DNA from: Paramoeba atlantica
Lineage: Eukaryota; Protista; Discosea
DNA length: 64,000 nt
NCBI GenBank assembly: GCA_977017575.1
Contig: CDRNVI010000167.1
Coordinates: 1-64,000 of the forward strand
Direction: 5' to 3'
The translations under genes and the position numbers were made by a program. The notes under the pieces were generated by a model. It was not told where the DNA came from and ran no database searches. It was given only the letters and a program-made list of their open reading frames with translations. How positions within the stretch are numbered: position 1 is the first letter of the stretch; every line of letters begins with the position of its first letter. Shown one piece after another: positions 39,863 through 54,110 of this stretch.

Positions 39863-42800
39863 TTTTTTTTTGTAAATAGATTTAAGAGATTGTAAAATTG
39901 TATAAAAAATACAATTTTATTTGTAACTTGTCTGGTAACTAAATTTTAAACATCAAAAACTAAATAATAATTGAGAAAAAATGAAAATAATACAAATATT
40001 GATTTATACATTGAAAAAAGTGATTGGAAAATAATCAAAAACAAAGGGAAATATGTTTTTTTTTTTGTAAATAAATCAAATAGATTGTAAAATTGTGTAA
40101 AAAATATAATTTTATTTGTAACTTGTCTGAAAATGAACTTTTAAACATCAAAAATTGAATAACAATTTTCTAAAAATGAAAATAATACAAATAGACATTG
40201 AAAAAGTGATTGGGAAATAATCAAAAACAAAGGGAAATATGTTTTTTTTTTTGTAAATAAGTCAAATAGATTGTAAAATTGTGTAAAAAATACAATTTTA
40301 TTTGTAACTTGTCTGGTAACTAAATTTTAAACATCAAAAACTAAATAATAATTGAGAAAAAATGAAAATAATACAAATATTGATTTATACATTGAAAAAA
40401 GTGATTGGAAAATAATCAAAAACAAAGGGAAATATGTTTTTTTTTTTGTAAATAAATCAAATAGATTGTAAAATTGTGTAAAAAATATAATTTTATTTGT
40501 AACTTGTCTGAAAATGAACTTTTAAACATCAAAAATTGAATAACAATTTTCTAAAAATGAAAATAATACAAATAGACATTGAAAAAGTGATTGGGAAATA
40601 ATCAAAAACAAAGGGAAATATGTTTTTTTTTTTGTAAATAAGTCAAATAGATTGTAAAATTGTGTAAAAAATACAATTTTATTTGTAACTTGTCTGGTAA
40701 CTAAATTTTAAACATCAAAAACTAAATAATAATTGAGAAAAAATGAAAATAATACAAATATTGATTTATACATTGAAAAAAGTGATTGGAAAATAATCAA
40801 AAACAAAGGGAAATATGTTTTTTTTTTTGTAAATAAATCAAATAGATTGTAAAATTGTGTAAAAAATATAATTTTATTTGTAACTTGTCTGAAAATGAAC
40901 TTTTAAACATCAAAAATTGAATAACAATTTTCTAAAAATGAAAATAATACAAATAGACATTGAAAAAGTGATTGGGAAATAATCAAAAACAAAGGGAAAT
41001 ATGTTTTTTTTTTTGTAAATAAGTCAAATAGATTGTAAAATTGTGTAAAAAATACAATTTTATTTGTAACTTGTCTGGTAACTAAATTTTAAACATCAAA
41101 AACTAAATAATAATTGAGAAAAAATGAAAATAATACAAATATTGATTTATACATTGAAAAAAGTGATTGGAAAATAATCAAAAACAAAGGGAAATATGTT
41201 TTTTTTTTTGTAAATAAATCAAATAGATTGTAAAATTGTGTAAAAAATATAATTTTATTTGTAACTTGTCTGAAAATGAACTTTTAAACATCAAAAATTG
41301 AATAACAATTTTCTAAAAATGAAAATAATACAAATAGACATTGAAAAAGTGATTGGGAAATAATCAAAAACAAAGGGAAATATGTTTTTTTTTTTGTAAA
41401 TAAGTCAAATAGATTGTAAAATTGTGTAAAAAATACAATTTTATTTGTAACTTGTCTGGTAACTAAATTTTAAACATCAAAAACTAAATAATAATTGAGA
41501 AAAAATGAAAATAATACAAATATTGATTTATACATTGAAAAAAGTGATTGGAAAATAATCAAAAACAAAGGGAAATATGTTTTTTTTTTTGTAAATAAAT
41601 CAAATAGATTGTAAAATTGTGTAAAAAATATAATTTTATTTGTAACTTGTCTGAAAATGAACTTTTAAACATCAAAAATTGAATAACAATTTTCTAAAAA
41701 TGAAAATAATACAAATAGACATTGAAAAAGTGATTGGGAAATAATCAAAAACAAAGGGAAATATGTTTTTTTTTTTGTAAATAAGTCAAATAGATTGTAA
41801 AATTGTGTAAAAAATACAATTTTATTTGTAACTTGTCTGGTAACTAAATTTTAAACATCAAAAACTAAATAATAATTGAGAAAAAATGAAAATAATACAA
41901 ATATTGATTTATACATTGAAAAAAGTGATTGGAAAATAATCAAAAACAAAGGGAAATATGTTTTTTTTTTTGTAAATAAATCAAATAGATTGTAAAATTG
42001 TGTAAAAAATATAATTTTATTTGTAACTTGTCTGAAAATGAACTTTTAAACATCAAAAATTGAATAACAATTTTCTAAAAATGAAAATAATACAAATAGA
42101 CATTGAAAAAGTGATTGGGAAATAATCAAAAACAAAGGGAAATATGTTTTTTTTTTTGTAAATAAGTCAAATAGATTGTAAAATTGTGTAAAAAATACAA
42201 TTTTATTTGTAACTTGTCTGGTAACTAAATTTTAAACATCAAAAACTAAATAATAATTGAGAAAAAATGAAAATAATACAAATATTGATTTATACATTGA
42301 AAAAAGTGATTGGAAAATAATCAAAAACAAAGGGAAATATGTTTTTTTTTTTGTAAATAAATCAAATAGATTGTAAAATTGTGTAAAAAATATAATTTTA
42401 TTTGTAACTTGTCTGAAAATGAACTTTTAAACATCAAAAATTGAATAACAATTTTCTAAAAATGAAAATAATACAAATAGACATTGAAAAAGTGATTGGG
42501 AAATAATCAAAAACAAAGGGAAATATGTTTTTTTTTTTGTAAATAAGTCAAATAGATTGTAAAATTGTGTAAAAAATACAATTTTATTTGTAACTTGTCT
42601 GGTAACTAAATTTTAAACATCAAAAACTAAATAATAATTGAGAAAAAATGAAAATAATACAAATATTGATTTATACATTGAAAAAAGTGATTGGAAAATA
42701 ATCAAAAACAAAGGGAAATATGTTTTTTTTTTTGTAAATAAATCAAATAGATTGTAAAATTGTGTAAAAAATATAATTTTATTTGTAACTTGTCTGAAAA

Positions 42801-45800
42801 TGAACTTTTAAACATCAAAAATTGAATAACAATTTTCTAAAAATGAAAATAATACAAATAGACATTGAAAAAGTGATTGGGAAATAATCAAAAACAAAGG
42901 GAAATATGTTTTTTTTTTTGTAAATAAGTCAAATAGATTGTAAAATTGTGTAAAAAATACAATTTTATTTGTAACTTGTCTGGTAACTAAATTTTAAACA
43001 TCAAAAACTAAATAATAATTGAGAAAAAATGAAAATAATACAAATATTGATTTATACATTGAAAAAAGTGATTGGAAAATAATCAAAAACAAAGGGAAAT
43101 ATGTTTTTTTTTTTGTAAATAAATCAAATAGATTGTAAAATTGTGTAAAAAATATAATTTTATTTGTAACTTGTCTGAAAATGAACTTTTAAACATCAAA
43201 AATTGAATAACAATTTTCTAAAAATGAAAATAATACAAATAGACATTGAAAAAGTGATTGGGAAATAATCAAAAACAAAGGGAAATATGTTTTTTTTTTT
43301 GTAAATAAGTCAAATAGATTGTAAAATTGTGTAAAAAATACAATTTTATTTGTAACTTGTCTGGTAACTAAATTTTAAACATCAAAAACTAAATAATAAT
43401 TGAGAAAAAATGAAAATAATACAAATATTGATTTATACATTGAAAAAAGTGATTGGAAAATAATCAAAAACAAAGGGAAATATGTTTTTTTTTTTGTAAA
43501 TAAATCAAATAGATTGTAAAATTGTGTAAAAAATATAATTTTATTTGTAACTTGTCTGAAAATGAACTTTTAAACATCAAAAATTGAATAACAATTTTCT
43601 AAAAATGAAAATAATACAAATAGACATTGAAAAAGTGATTGGGAAATAATCAAAAACAAAGGGAAATATGTTTTTTTTTTTGTAAATAAGTCAAATAGAT
43701 TGTAAAATTGTGTAAAAAATACAATTTTATTTGTAACTTGTCTGGTAACTAAATTTTAAACATCAAAAACTAAATAATAATTGAGAAAAAATGAAAATAA
43801 TACAAATATTGATTTATACATTGAAAAAAGTGATTGGAAAATAATCAAAAACAAAGGGAAATATGTTTTTTTTTTTGTAAATAAATCAAATAGATTGTAA
43901 AATTGTGTAAAAAATATAATTTTATTTGTAACTTGTCTGAAAATGAACTTTTAAACATCAAAAATTGAATAACAATTTTCTAAAAATGAAAATAATACAA
44001 ATAGACATTGAAAAAGTGATTGGGAAATAATCAAAAACAAAGGGAAATATGTTTTTTTTTTTGTAAATAAGTCAAATAGATTGTAAAATTGTGTAAAAAA
44101 TACAATTTTATTTGTAACTTGTCTGGTAACTAAATTTTAAACATCAAAAACTAAATAATAATTGAGAAAAAATGAAAATAATACAAATATTGATTTATAC
44201 ATTGAAAAAAGTGATTGGAAAATAATCAAAAACAAAGGGAAATATGTTTTTTTTTTTGTAAATAAATCAAATAGATTGTAAAATTGTGTAAAAAATATAA
44301 TTTTATTTGTAACTTGTCTGAAAATGAACTTTTAAACATCAAAAATTGAATAACAATTTTCTAAAAATGAAAATAATACAAATAGACATTGAAAAAGTGA
44401 TTGGGAAATAATCAAAAACAAAGGGAAATATGTTTTTTTTTTTGTAAATAAGTCAAATAGATTGTAAAATTGTGTAAAAAATACAATTTTATTTGTAACT
44501 TGTCTGGTAACTAAATTTTAAACATCAAAAACTAAATAATAATTGAGAAAAAATGAAAATAATACAAATATTGATTTATACATTGAAAAAAGTGATTGGA
44601 AAATAATCAAAAACAAAGGGAAATATGTTTTTTTTTTTGTAAATAAATCAAATAGATTGTAAAATTGTGTAAAAAATATAATTTTATTTGTAACTTGTCT
44701 GAAAATGAACTTTTAAACATCAAAAATTGAATAACAATTTTCTAAAAATGAAAATAATACAAATAGACATTGAAAAAGTGATTGGGAAATAATCAAAAAC
44801 AAAGGGAAATATGTTTTTTTTTTTGTAAATAAGTCAAATAGATTGTAAAATTGTGTAAAAAATACAATTTTATTTGTAACTTGTCTGGTAACTAAATTTT
44901 AAACATCAAAAACTAAATAATAATTGAGAAAAAATGAAAATAATACAAATATTGATTTATACATTGAAAAAAGTGATTGGAAAATAATCAAAAACAAAGG
45001 GAAATATGTTTTTTTTTTTGTAAATAAATCAAATAGATTGTAAAATTGTGTAAAAAATATAATTTTATTTGTAACTTGTCTGAAAATGAACTTTTAAACA
45101 TCAAAAATTGAATAACAATTTTCTAAAAATGAAAATAATACAAATAGACATTGAAAAAGTGATTGGGAAATAATCAAAAACAAAGGGAAATATGTTTTTT
45201 TTTTTGTAAATAAGTCAAATAGATTGTAAAATTGTGTAAAAAATACAATTTTATTTGTAACTTGTCTGGTAACTAAATTTTAAACATCAAAAACTAAATA
45301 ATAATTGAGAAAAAATGAAAATAATACAAATATTGATTTATACATTGAAAAAAGTGATTGGAAAATAATCAAAAACAAAGGGAAATATGTTTTTTTTTTT
45401 GTAAATAAATCAAATAGATTGTAAAATTGTGTAAAAAATATAATTTTATTTGTAACTTGTCTGAAAATGAACTTTTAAACATCAAAAATTGAATAACAAT
45501 TTTCTAAAAATGAAAATAATACAAATAGACATTGAAAAAGTGATTGGGAAATAATCAAAAACAAAGGGAAATATGTTTTTTTTTTTGTAAATAAGTCAAA
45601 TAGATTGTAAAATTGTGTAAAAAATACAATTTTATTTGTAACTTGTCTGGTAACTAAATTTTAAACATCAAAAACTAAATAATAATTGAGAAAAAATGAA
45701 AATAATACAAATATTGATTTATACATTGAAAAAAGTGATTGGAAAATAATCAAAAACAAAGGGAAATATGTTTTTTTTTTTGTAAATAAATCAAATAGAT

Positions 45801-48423
45801 TGTAAAATTGTGTAAAAAATATAATTTTATTTGTAACTTGTCTGAAAATGAACTTTTAAACATCAAAAATTGAATAACAATTTTCTAAAAATGAAAATAA
45901 TACAAATAGACATTGAAAAAGTGATTGGGAAATAATCAAAAACAAAGGGAAATATGTTTTTTTTTTTGTAAATAAGTCAAATAGATTGTAAAATTGTGTA
46001 AAAAATACAATTTTATTTGTAACTTGTCTGGTAACTAAATTTTAAACATCAAAAACTAAATAATAATTGAGAAAAAATGAAAATAATACAAATATTGATT
46101 TATACATTGAAAAAAGTGATTGGAAAATAATCAAAAACAAAGGGAAATATGTTTTTTTTTTTGTAAATAAATCAAATAGATTGTAAAATTGTGTAAAAAA
46201 TATAATTTTATTTGTAACTTGTCTGAAAATGAACTTTTAAACATCAAAAATTGAATAACAATTTTCTAAAAATGAAAATAATACAAATAGACATTGAAAA
46301 AGTGATTGGGAAATAATCAAAAACAAAGGGAAATATGTTTTTTTTTTTGTAAATAAGTCAAATAGATTGTAAAATTGTGTAAAAAATACAATTTTATTTG
46401 TAACTTGTCTGGTAACTAAATTTTAAACATCAAAAACTAAATAATAATTGAGAAAAAATGAAAATAATACAAATATTGATTTATACATTGAAAAAAGTGA
46501 TTGGAAAATAATCAAAAACAAAGGGAAATATGTTTTTTTTTTTGTAAATAAATCAAATAGATTGTAAAATTGTGTAAAAAATATAATTTTATTTGTAACT
46601 TGTCTGAAAATGAACTTTTAAACATCAAAAATTGAATAACAATTTTCTAAAAATGAAAATAATACAAATAGACATTGAAAAAGTGATTGGGAAATAATCA
46701 AAAACAAAGGGAAATATGTTTTTTTTTTTGTAAATAAGTCAAATAGATTGTAAAATTGTGTAAAAAATACAATTTTATTTGTAACTTGTCTGGTAACTAA
46801 ATTTTAAACATCAAAAACTAAATAATAATTGAGAAAAAATGAAAATAATACAAATATTGATTTATACATTGAAAAAAGTGATTGGAAAATAATCAAAAAC
46901 AAAGGGAAATATGTTTTTTTTTTTGTAAATAAATCAAATAGATTGTAAAATTGTGTAAAAAATATAATTTTATTTGTAACTTGTCTGAAAATGAACTTTT
47001 AAACATCAAAAATTGAATAACAATTTTCTAAAAATGAAAATAATACAAATAGACATTGAAAAAGTGATTGGGAAATAATCAAAAACAAAGGGAAATATGT
47101 TTTTTTTTTTGTAAATAAGTCAAATAGATTGTAAAATTGTGTAAAAAATACAATTTTATTTGTAACTTGTCTGGTAACTAAATTTTAAACATCAAAAACT
47201 AAATAATAATTGAGAAAAAATGAAAATAATACAAATATTGATTTATACATTGAAAAAAGTGATTGGAAAATAATCAAAAACAAAGGGAAATATGTTTTTT
47301 TTTTTGTAAATAAATCAAATAGATTGTAAAATTGTGTAAAAAATATAATTTTATTTGTAACTTGTCTGAAAATGAACTTTTAAACATCAAAAATTGAATA
47401 ACAATTTTCTAAAAATGAAAATAATACAAATAGACATTGAAAAAGTGATTGGGAAATAATCAAAAACAAAGGGAAATATGTTTTTTTTTTTGTAAATAAG
47501 TCAAATAGATTGTAAAATTGTGTAAAAAATACAATTTTATTTGTAACTTGTCTGGTAACTAAATTTTAAACATCAAAAACTAAATAATAATTGAGAAAAA
47601 ATGAAAATAATACAAATATTGATTTATACATTGAAAAAAGTGATTGGAAAATAATCAAAAACAAAGGGAAATATGTTTTTTTTTTTGTAAATAAATCAAA
47701 TAGATTGTAAAATTGTGTAAAAAATATAATTTTATTTGTAACTTGTCTGAAAATGAACTTTTAAACATCAAAAATTGAATAACAATTTTCTAAAAATGAA
47801 AATAATACAAATAGACATTGAAAAAGTGATTGGGAAATAATCAAAAACAAAGGGAAATATGTTTTTTTTTTTGTAAATAAGTCAAATAGATTGTAAAATT
47901 GTGTAAAAAATACAATTTTATTTGTAACTTGTCTGGTAACTAAATTTTAAACATCAAAAACTAAATAATAATTGAGAAAAAATGAAAATAATACAAATAT
48001 TGATTTATACATTGAAAAAAGTGATTGGAAAATAATCAAAAACAAAGGGAAATATGTTTTTTTTTTTGTAAATAAATCAAATAGATTGTAAAATTGTGTA
48101 AAAAATATAATTTTATTTGTAACTTGTCTGAAAATGAACTTTTAAACATCAAAAATTGAATAACAATTTTCTAAAAATGAAAATAATACAAATAGACATT
48201 GAAAAAGTGATTGGGAAATAATCAAAAACAAAGGGAAATATGTTTTTTTTTTTGTAAATAAGTCAAATAGATTGTAAAATTGTGTAAAAAATACAATTTT
48301 ATTTGTAACTTGTCTGGTAATTAAATTTTAAACATCAAAAACTAAATAATAATTGAGAAAAAATGAAAATAATACAAATATTGATTTATACATTGAAAAA
48401 AGTGATTGGAAAATAATCAAAAA
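39863..48423. repeat. AT-rich satellite; 381-bp dimer of 186- and 195-bp monomers, ~22.5 copies
   Basis: The same landmark recurs at 40067, 40448, 40829 ... 48068 (8001 = 21 x 381); ataaatcaaa and ataagtcaaa monomers alternate; only terminal units visibly diverge. Confidence 0.97.
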
Positions 48424-49270
48424 TGAAAAAATGAAAAATGAAAAAAGAGAAAAAAAAAAAAGAAAAAAAGAGAAAAAAAGAGTAAAAAAAAAAAGAGAAA
48501 AAAAGAGAAAAAAAGAGAAAAAAAGAGAAAAAAAGAGTAAAAGAAAAAAGAAAAAAGAAAAAAAAGAAAAAGAAATAATTTTAAAAATCAATTTTATTAA
48601 ATTAAATTTCTTGCTTAAAAAAAAAGATAACAAGACAGGTTGGTTGAGGGAAGGTGTTTGTCAGAAGTGTAGAAACAAGCAAAGTTGAGTTACTTTAATT
48701 AATTAAGTAAAGTGGGGAAAGTGAGACCAAACAGTAGAACCTCATACCTCCAAATTATACTACTTTTTTTCTGATTTTTTTTTATTAACACTGTTTCAGC
48801 CTATCTTACTGCTTTTCTTAACAATTTTTGATGGAAATACCCCTTCTTTAAGCTTAGGGTAAACATTTATCTTGTTAAATACTACAAAACTCCTCAATTT
48901 TTTATCTTAGAAAGTTGAAGAGTTTGCAAACTTTCCAATATCCACCATCAATCTTCACTTTTTTAGCTATCTTTCTAACCACTATAACCCCTTACAGTTT
49001 GATCCACAGTTTTCAAAACTTAAAAGAACAACTTAAGTACAACTCCTCACAATTCCTCTTTCAATGGTATCTTCTTTATTCATTTTGGATGTACATTGAA
49101 CCCAGAAAAACCCTTCTCCATGTAGCCACTTAGTAACCTTCACTCCTCCCCCCAAAGCTCCTTCTCACTATTAAATTCCTCTTCAATCTATTGTTGTACC
49201 TCCTTTTTTCTTTGACAAATTTAATAAAATCAATTCATCTCTCTTTTACTTTCTTAACTCCCCCCAAGAC

Positions 49271-51271
49271 AGTTGAGTTGTACTACTTTCAAGCCTCAAA
49301 CAGATCAATCACAGAAAGACTCAAGATGATTTACAAGACTCTTTTATGAAAAGGAAAACTAAAAAAGAAAACATATCTTTCTTCAAGAATAAGAATATTC
49401 AACAAACACTTACAAATAAAAACATTCAAAATAAGATAACTCCTCAGGTTCAAATCTCAAACAAACAAACATTCTTTCAAAACACTTTAGGTGACAACCC
49501 AATACCCCTCAAGTGTTTTTTCAACTGAGAAACACTTCATAACCAACAAAACAATAAACAACTTAACACTCAACCAGGGATATAATGATCCTTCAGCTCC
49601 AAACAGTCTTTTGTCTCATGATAGTTGCCTCCACAACACTGACATCTCCAGTGAAAAAGATACTTCTTCCCATCAATCACAAAAAAAAACCCACTATTCT
49701 CTTCTTCTTTTTCTTCTCTCTGTGAACAATCTCTTCTCATATGTCTCTTTTCTCCACATTCAAAACACACAGCAGATGGTGGTCAATCCTGGTAAGGTTT
49801 CAGTTGGTCCTTCACCACCAAATATCAATGCCATCCTTCTGCATTCTGCACCCACTTTGTCACAACATTCCACATAACACATTCATTCTCAACAAACTCT
49901 TTTCCAAATTGCTCCTTCCATAGAATTCAATAAACTTTTAAAACAGGTTCATTCAACTTCATCTTCACTTCAACTGAATTCAAATCTATTTTCAAGTAAT
50001 CAAGGTACATCACCAACCTCTCTGCAAAATCAAGAATTTTTTCATTTTCCATCTGTCTTACCATCTGCATTTCTTTCTGAACCTTACTTCCAGTTTGAGC
50101 CCAAGGTATTTCCTTCCAATACAAACAGAAGCAACTCTTGATAAGAAATATTCCTTAATCTTTGCAATTGTGGTTTCATTGGACCTCCCACTGCTGATCT
50201 TAAAGACTGTATTCATAAAGAATTATCTGGCACTTGATTACCCATTGTTGCTTGAAAATCTCTCAGAAACACCAACACATCACAGGCTTTTAGATCCCAT
50301 TTTGTGTTCAACTTTGGTATGTTGTCCACCTTTTTCAGTGTTTTTAACTCTGTCCCTCTTGTAGACTCATCCAAAGTTATTCTTCAAACCTGTGAATTTA
50401 AATCATTAATTGTTGTTGACCTCTCAGCACTTTTAACTTCAGCACCAGCCAATGAACTCTGTTGATTTGAACCACAAGTTCCACCAACCCTTGTTGAATC
50501 CTCTGGACTTGGATGAAGAAACCTCACATCTGTTACCAATCAATCCCACTGATGGTTTGGTACAGTATTCTCACTTGGAAGGGGTTGCAAATCTCTCCCA
50601 TAATGAGTCACAAAATCTTTCCTCCTTGGTTTGATGTAGTTGCCCTCCTCTTTTAATTTGGTAGCCCCTGACCTCCTCTGTTCTTGCTCCCCAAAGTTCT
50701 GCCACTCCTTACATTGCCTTGAAATACTCAACTTTAATCATTTCAAATTCCTCTCAAGTTTGTCAAACTCCTCAGTGAAAGCCTCATCAGTCAGGATTAA
50801 ATTTGTTAATTCATCTAACTGATGCTCAATTTCATCTCTTTTCAACAACCAACTCTCAAGCATTTGATCCACAGAAGGAAAATTTGGAGATCTTGCCCCT
50901 TCACCCAAACCCTCATCTTCCTCTGATTTGCTACTGTCACTTCCACTCTCAAGATCCCTAAGTAGCTTCTTGTTCTGCTCCACCCCCTTTTCTCCCTCTT
51001 GTAACCATCTGGTGGTTGCATCTGCTCCCCCAGTCTTGTTTTCTCCTGATACTGTTGAATCATTGACGCTGAAAGTGAATACATTTCAAGAAAACCAAAA
51101 AAAAACAGAATTTCAACCAGTGAAAACCAAAAAAAGTTGAGTTGTACTACTTTCAAGCTCAAACAGATCAATCACAGGAAGACTCAAGATGGTTTTATGA
51201 AGACAACCCCTCAGGTTCAAATCCCAAACAAACAAACATTCTTTCAAAACACTTCAGGTGATAACCCAATA
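49271..51271 (-). mobile_element. Gag-only LTR retroelement relic
   Basis: Direct repeats 51135-51271 and 49271-49504 (agttgagttgtactactttcaagc..ctcaggttcaaat..ttctttcaaaacact..ggtga.aacccaata); PPT ttgagggg at 49505-49512; internal decayed gag with CFECGEKRHMRRDC and CQCCGGNYHETKDC. Confidence 0.7.
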
Positions 51272-52447
51272 AGGACAAATCCAAGAAACTTTCTCCCAAA
51301 GAACCCAATAAGTCTTATGTTAGCCCCCTTTCCTGGTTTCTTACCACCCTTTGATAACAAGGAATTTTCTTGCTCCAAGCTCAACACAACCAAATGATTA
51401 AAGGTATTTCTCAATTTCCAACAATTTAACAATTGTACCAATTCCTATCATTTTTTTCCCTCAAGATGTTGTTTTCATGCAAGAGACCTTTTCATTTGAA
51501 CTCTGAAGCTTGGTTGAGTCTAACAATGCTTTCCAGGCACAAAAAAGGCTTGCTTCATTTAAGAAATTTTCATAACAAAAAAAAAACAAGACACCACATA
51601 AAAAAAGAAAAAGAAAAAAAGAAAAAGAAAATGGAAACAAAAATAAAAAATAATATCTCCAAGAGCAGACCAGCTGATATAATCATGACAACAATAAATA
51701 ACAAGAATAATAACCAATAATCAATAACAACAACTACAATAATAACATCCCCAACAATAACTACAATAATTAATAAACACAAGAATCAAACAAAACAACA
51801 GCACCACAGCAATACTCCAAACAGACTCTTTTCCAACAAACATTTCAGGAGTGAAATCATTCCAAACAGTTTTAAACAATATGTTCTTTACACACCACCA
51901 AACCAAACAACCAACAACCAAAAAAACCTATAATAAAGAAAGAAACAACAATCCATAAAAACAACCCAGAATTCTCTCAGTTTTTAATTAATTCTCCTAA
52001 CAAACAAACAACAAACTCATCCCAACCAACCAACAAAAGAAAAAACCAAAAAATAAAAAACAATACAAAACACAAACAAAAACACACCAAACATAAAAAA
52101 AAAATAACGAAAACAAAACCTTCTTTGAAGAAAAAAGAATATGTTCTATACAAGCTCCCAACAAACATAAGCAAGAAAAACAGTCCAAAAAACTCACAAT
52201 TCAATCTCTCACTGAAGGAAGGGAGTGTCTTTTTTTTTTTGAATTTCATTCAAGAATGTAAAAAACAGTGGCAAAATTCCTTGTAATATATTATAAGTGA
52301 TCTAGAAAAGAGAAAAAGGAAAGAGAGTGAGGAACCAAAGGAAAAATCTAACTCTTGAATTTTCTGAATTAACCCTCTGGTTCTCTGGTACAAAAGGAGA
52401 GAAGTAACCCACCACCCATCACCCCTTGAATTGATCTTTTTATTTCA

Positions 52448-52490
52448 TTCTCTCTGGGTACTAATTTGAAAATTCAAACACAGAGAATAT
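52448..52490. repeat. Short hairpin element, copy 5 (opposite orientation)
   Basis: ctctctgggtactaatttgaaaattcaaacacagagaa; loop is the reverse complement of gaattttcaaattag; followed by 15-bp gaattttcttctg(t/c)t repeats at 52491-52555. Confidence 0.65.
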
Positions 52491-53141
52491 GAATTTTCTT
52501 TTGCTGAATTTTCTTCTGTTGAATTTTCTTCTGTTGAATTTTCTTCTGCTGAATTAAAAGAGAGAATCTCAAAAAATCTCCCCTAAAGAGAAAAAAAAAA
52601 AGATAGAGCACCTCACTTAGAGAAAAAGAAAAAAATATAAAAAAAAGAAAACACAAAACAGGAAAAGAAAAAAGAAAGAAAAAAGAAAGAAAAAGAAAAA
52701 AAGAAAAAAGAAACTGCAAAACCTCGACTTGACTCTCTTCAAAAATAACATATGAACCCAATAATGACAGCATACCTATGAAAGAGAGAAAAAGAGAAAA
52801 GGGAAAAAGAAAGAAAAGATAGAAAAAGGGGGGGAAAGGGAGAAAAAAGAGAGAGAAAAAGAGGAGAGGAGAGAACGAAACAGAAAACAAAAAAACTGGA
52901 AATTTTTTTAGCCCCAAAAAAATTGGAGTTCTTTTTTTGCCTTTGTTTTTTTTTGTTTTTCTTTTCTCTTTTCTTTCCTAGAGAGGATGAAAACTTACCT
53001 CATAAAAAGAAAAGATGAAAAACTAACAAAGAAAAGAAGAGGAAAGTGAATAAAAAGAGGAACAAGAAGAAAAGAAAGAAGAAAAAGAATAGAAATAAAC
53101 TTTTTCTTGATAAAAACAATTGAATGAAATTTTGTTATTTA

Positions 53142-54110
53142 TTATTTCCGTCTTCTCTCCTTTGGAGGAGAATTGAAAAACTTCTTTTTTGAGCCATATG
53201 AGCGAGAAGAGTATCTCCGACAACCATCTTTTCCTTTTCTCTTATTCATAAACATTTTGTCTTTCTCTTCTTCTTCTTTTGGTTCAGTCGCCAACCTCTC
53301 TGTGATTTCTTCCAAATGCTTCTTGAGAATAATTTCTGTTTCCATCATCTTTTTTGACTTCTTTTCTTTCACTTCAAGATTACAAAGTCTTCTTTCGATG
53401 TTTCGTCGTTGGTTTTGAAGCTTTCTCGATTGCTCAAATGATCTTGGTTTACCATAATCTCTCTCTTCCTCCTCTTCCTCTTCTTCCTCAGACAATTGGA
53501 TTTCTTCGATCCCCTCTTTCTCTTGTTTGTTGTCAACAATGTCGTCCTCTTGACTTTTCAAATCAACAAGATTCTCTCGAACTTGAGTTTTGTTTTCAGT
53601 CAACTGTTCCTTTCTTTGTTGAAGAGCCACAATCTTTTCTTCAAGAACATCAATCTGATCTGCCAGTTTCTCATCACGTTTACTAAGCATTTCAATCTTC
53701 TTCTCTCTCTTCTGTTGTTCCTTGAGTCTTTTCTGAGGGTTCTCAGAAATCTCATCCCCCACTTTCTCTTCATCATCAGCCACTCGATTTTCAACCTCTT
53801 GGATCTCATTTTCGATTTTTTCTTTGACTTGACTCTCCACTGCTTTTGCTGTCTCGTTCTTTTTTGGGAGGACAAACAAAGCATCTTCCAAGTCTCGATC
53901 ACGTTTCACAAAGACGACATCACACTCATCATCAAGATAGAACACTCGAACTGCAGTTGAAGTTCCGTACACATCCTGGATCTTCCTTCGCAGACTTCGA
54001 AAATCTTGAGCTTGAATAGAACACACTTCTCCATTCTCAGTGTTTCGAACTTCCCACCACTGTTCTTCTCCTTCGACAATAATTGACATCAATTGAACTC
54101 TCATCACCAT
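53142..54110 (-). CDS. PB1-domain (OPCA-type) coiled-coil protein, 322 aa
   Basis: FRSLRRKIQDVYG..VRVFYLDDECDVVFVKRDRDLEDAL fits the PB1 acidic motif Y.D.D.D.V.....D.DL..A; then E/K/Q-rich heptads and a basic tail; probable ~55-nt 5'UTR intron (gttttg...aaacag). Confidence 0.75.
   Translation of the reverse strand: MVMRVQLMSIIVEGEEQWWEVRNTENGEVCSIQAQDFRSLRRKIQDVYGTSTAVRVFYLDDECDVVFVKRDRDLEDALFVLPKKNETAKAVESQVKEKIENEIQEVENRVADDEEKVGDEISENPQKRLKEQQKREKKIEMLSKRDEKLADQIDVLEEKIVALQQRKEQLTENKTQVRENLVDLKSQEDDIVDNKQEKEGIEEIQLSEEEEEEEEERDYGKPRSFEQSRKLQNQRRNIERRLCNLEVKEKKSKKMMETEIILKKHLEEITERLATEPKEEEEKDKMFMNKRKGKDGCRRYSSRSYGSKKKFFNSPPKERRRK

Noticed and set aside
39863-48423. CRISPR-like or coding array
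   Set aside because: There are no unique spacers, units are identical, no ORFs, and the context is eukaryotic
52491-52555. Heat-shock elements (GAAnnTTC) here and in the hairpin loops
   Set aside because: Only two-unit matches in very AT-rich DNA, and not upstream of a recognisable stress gene
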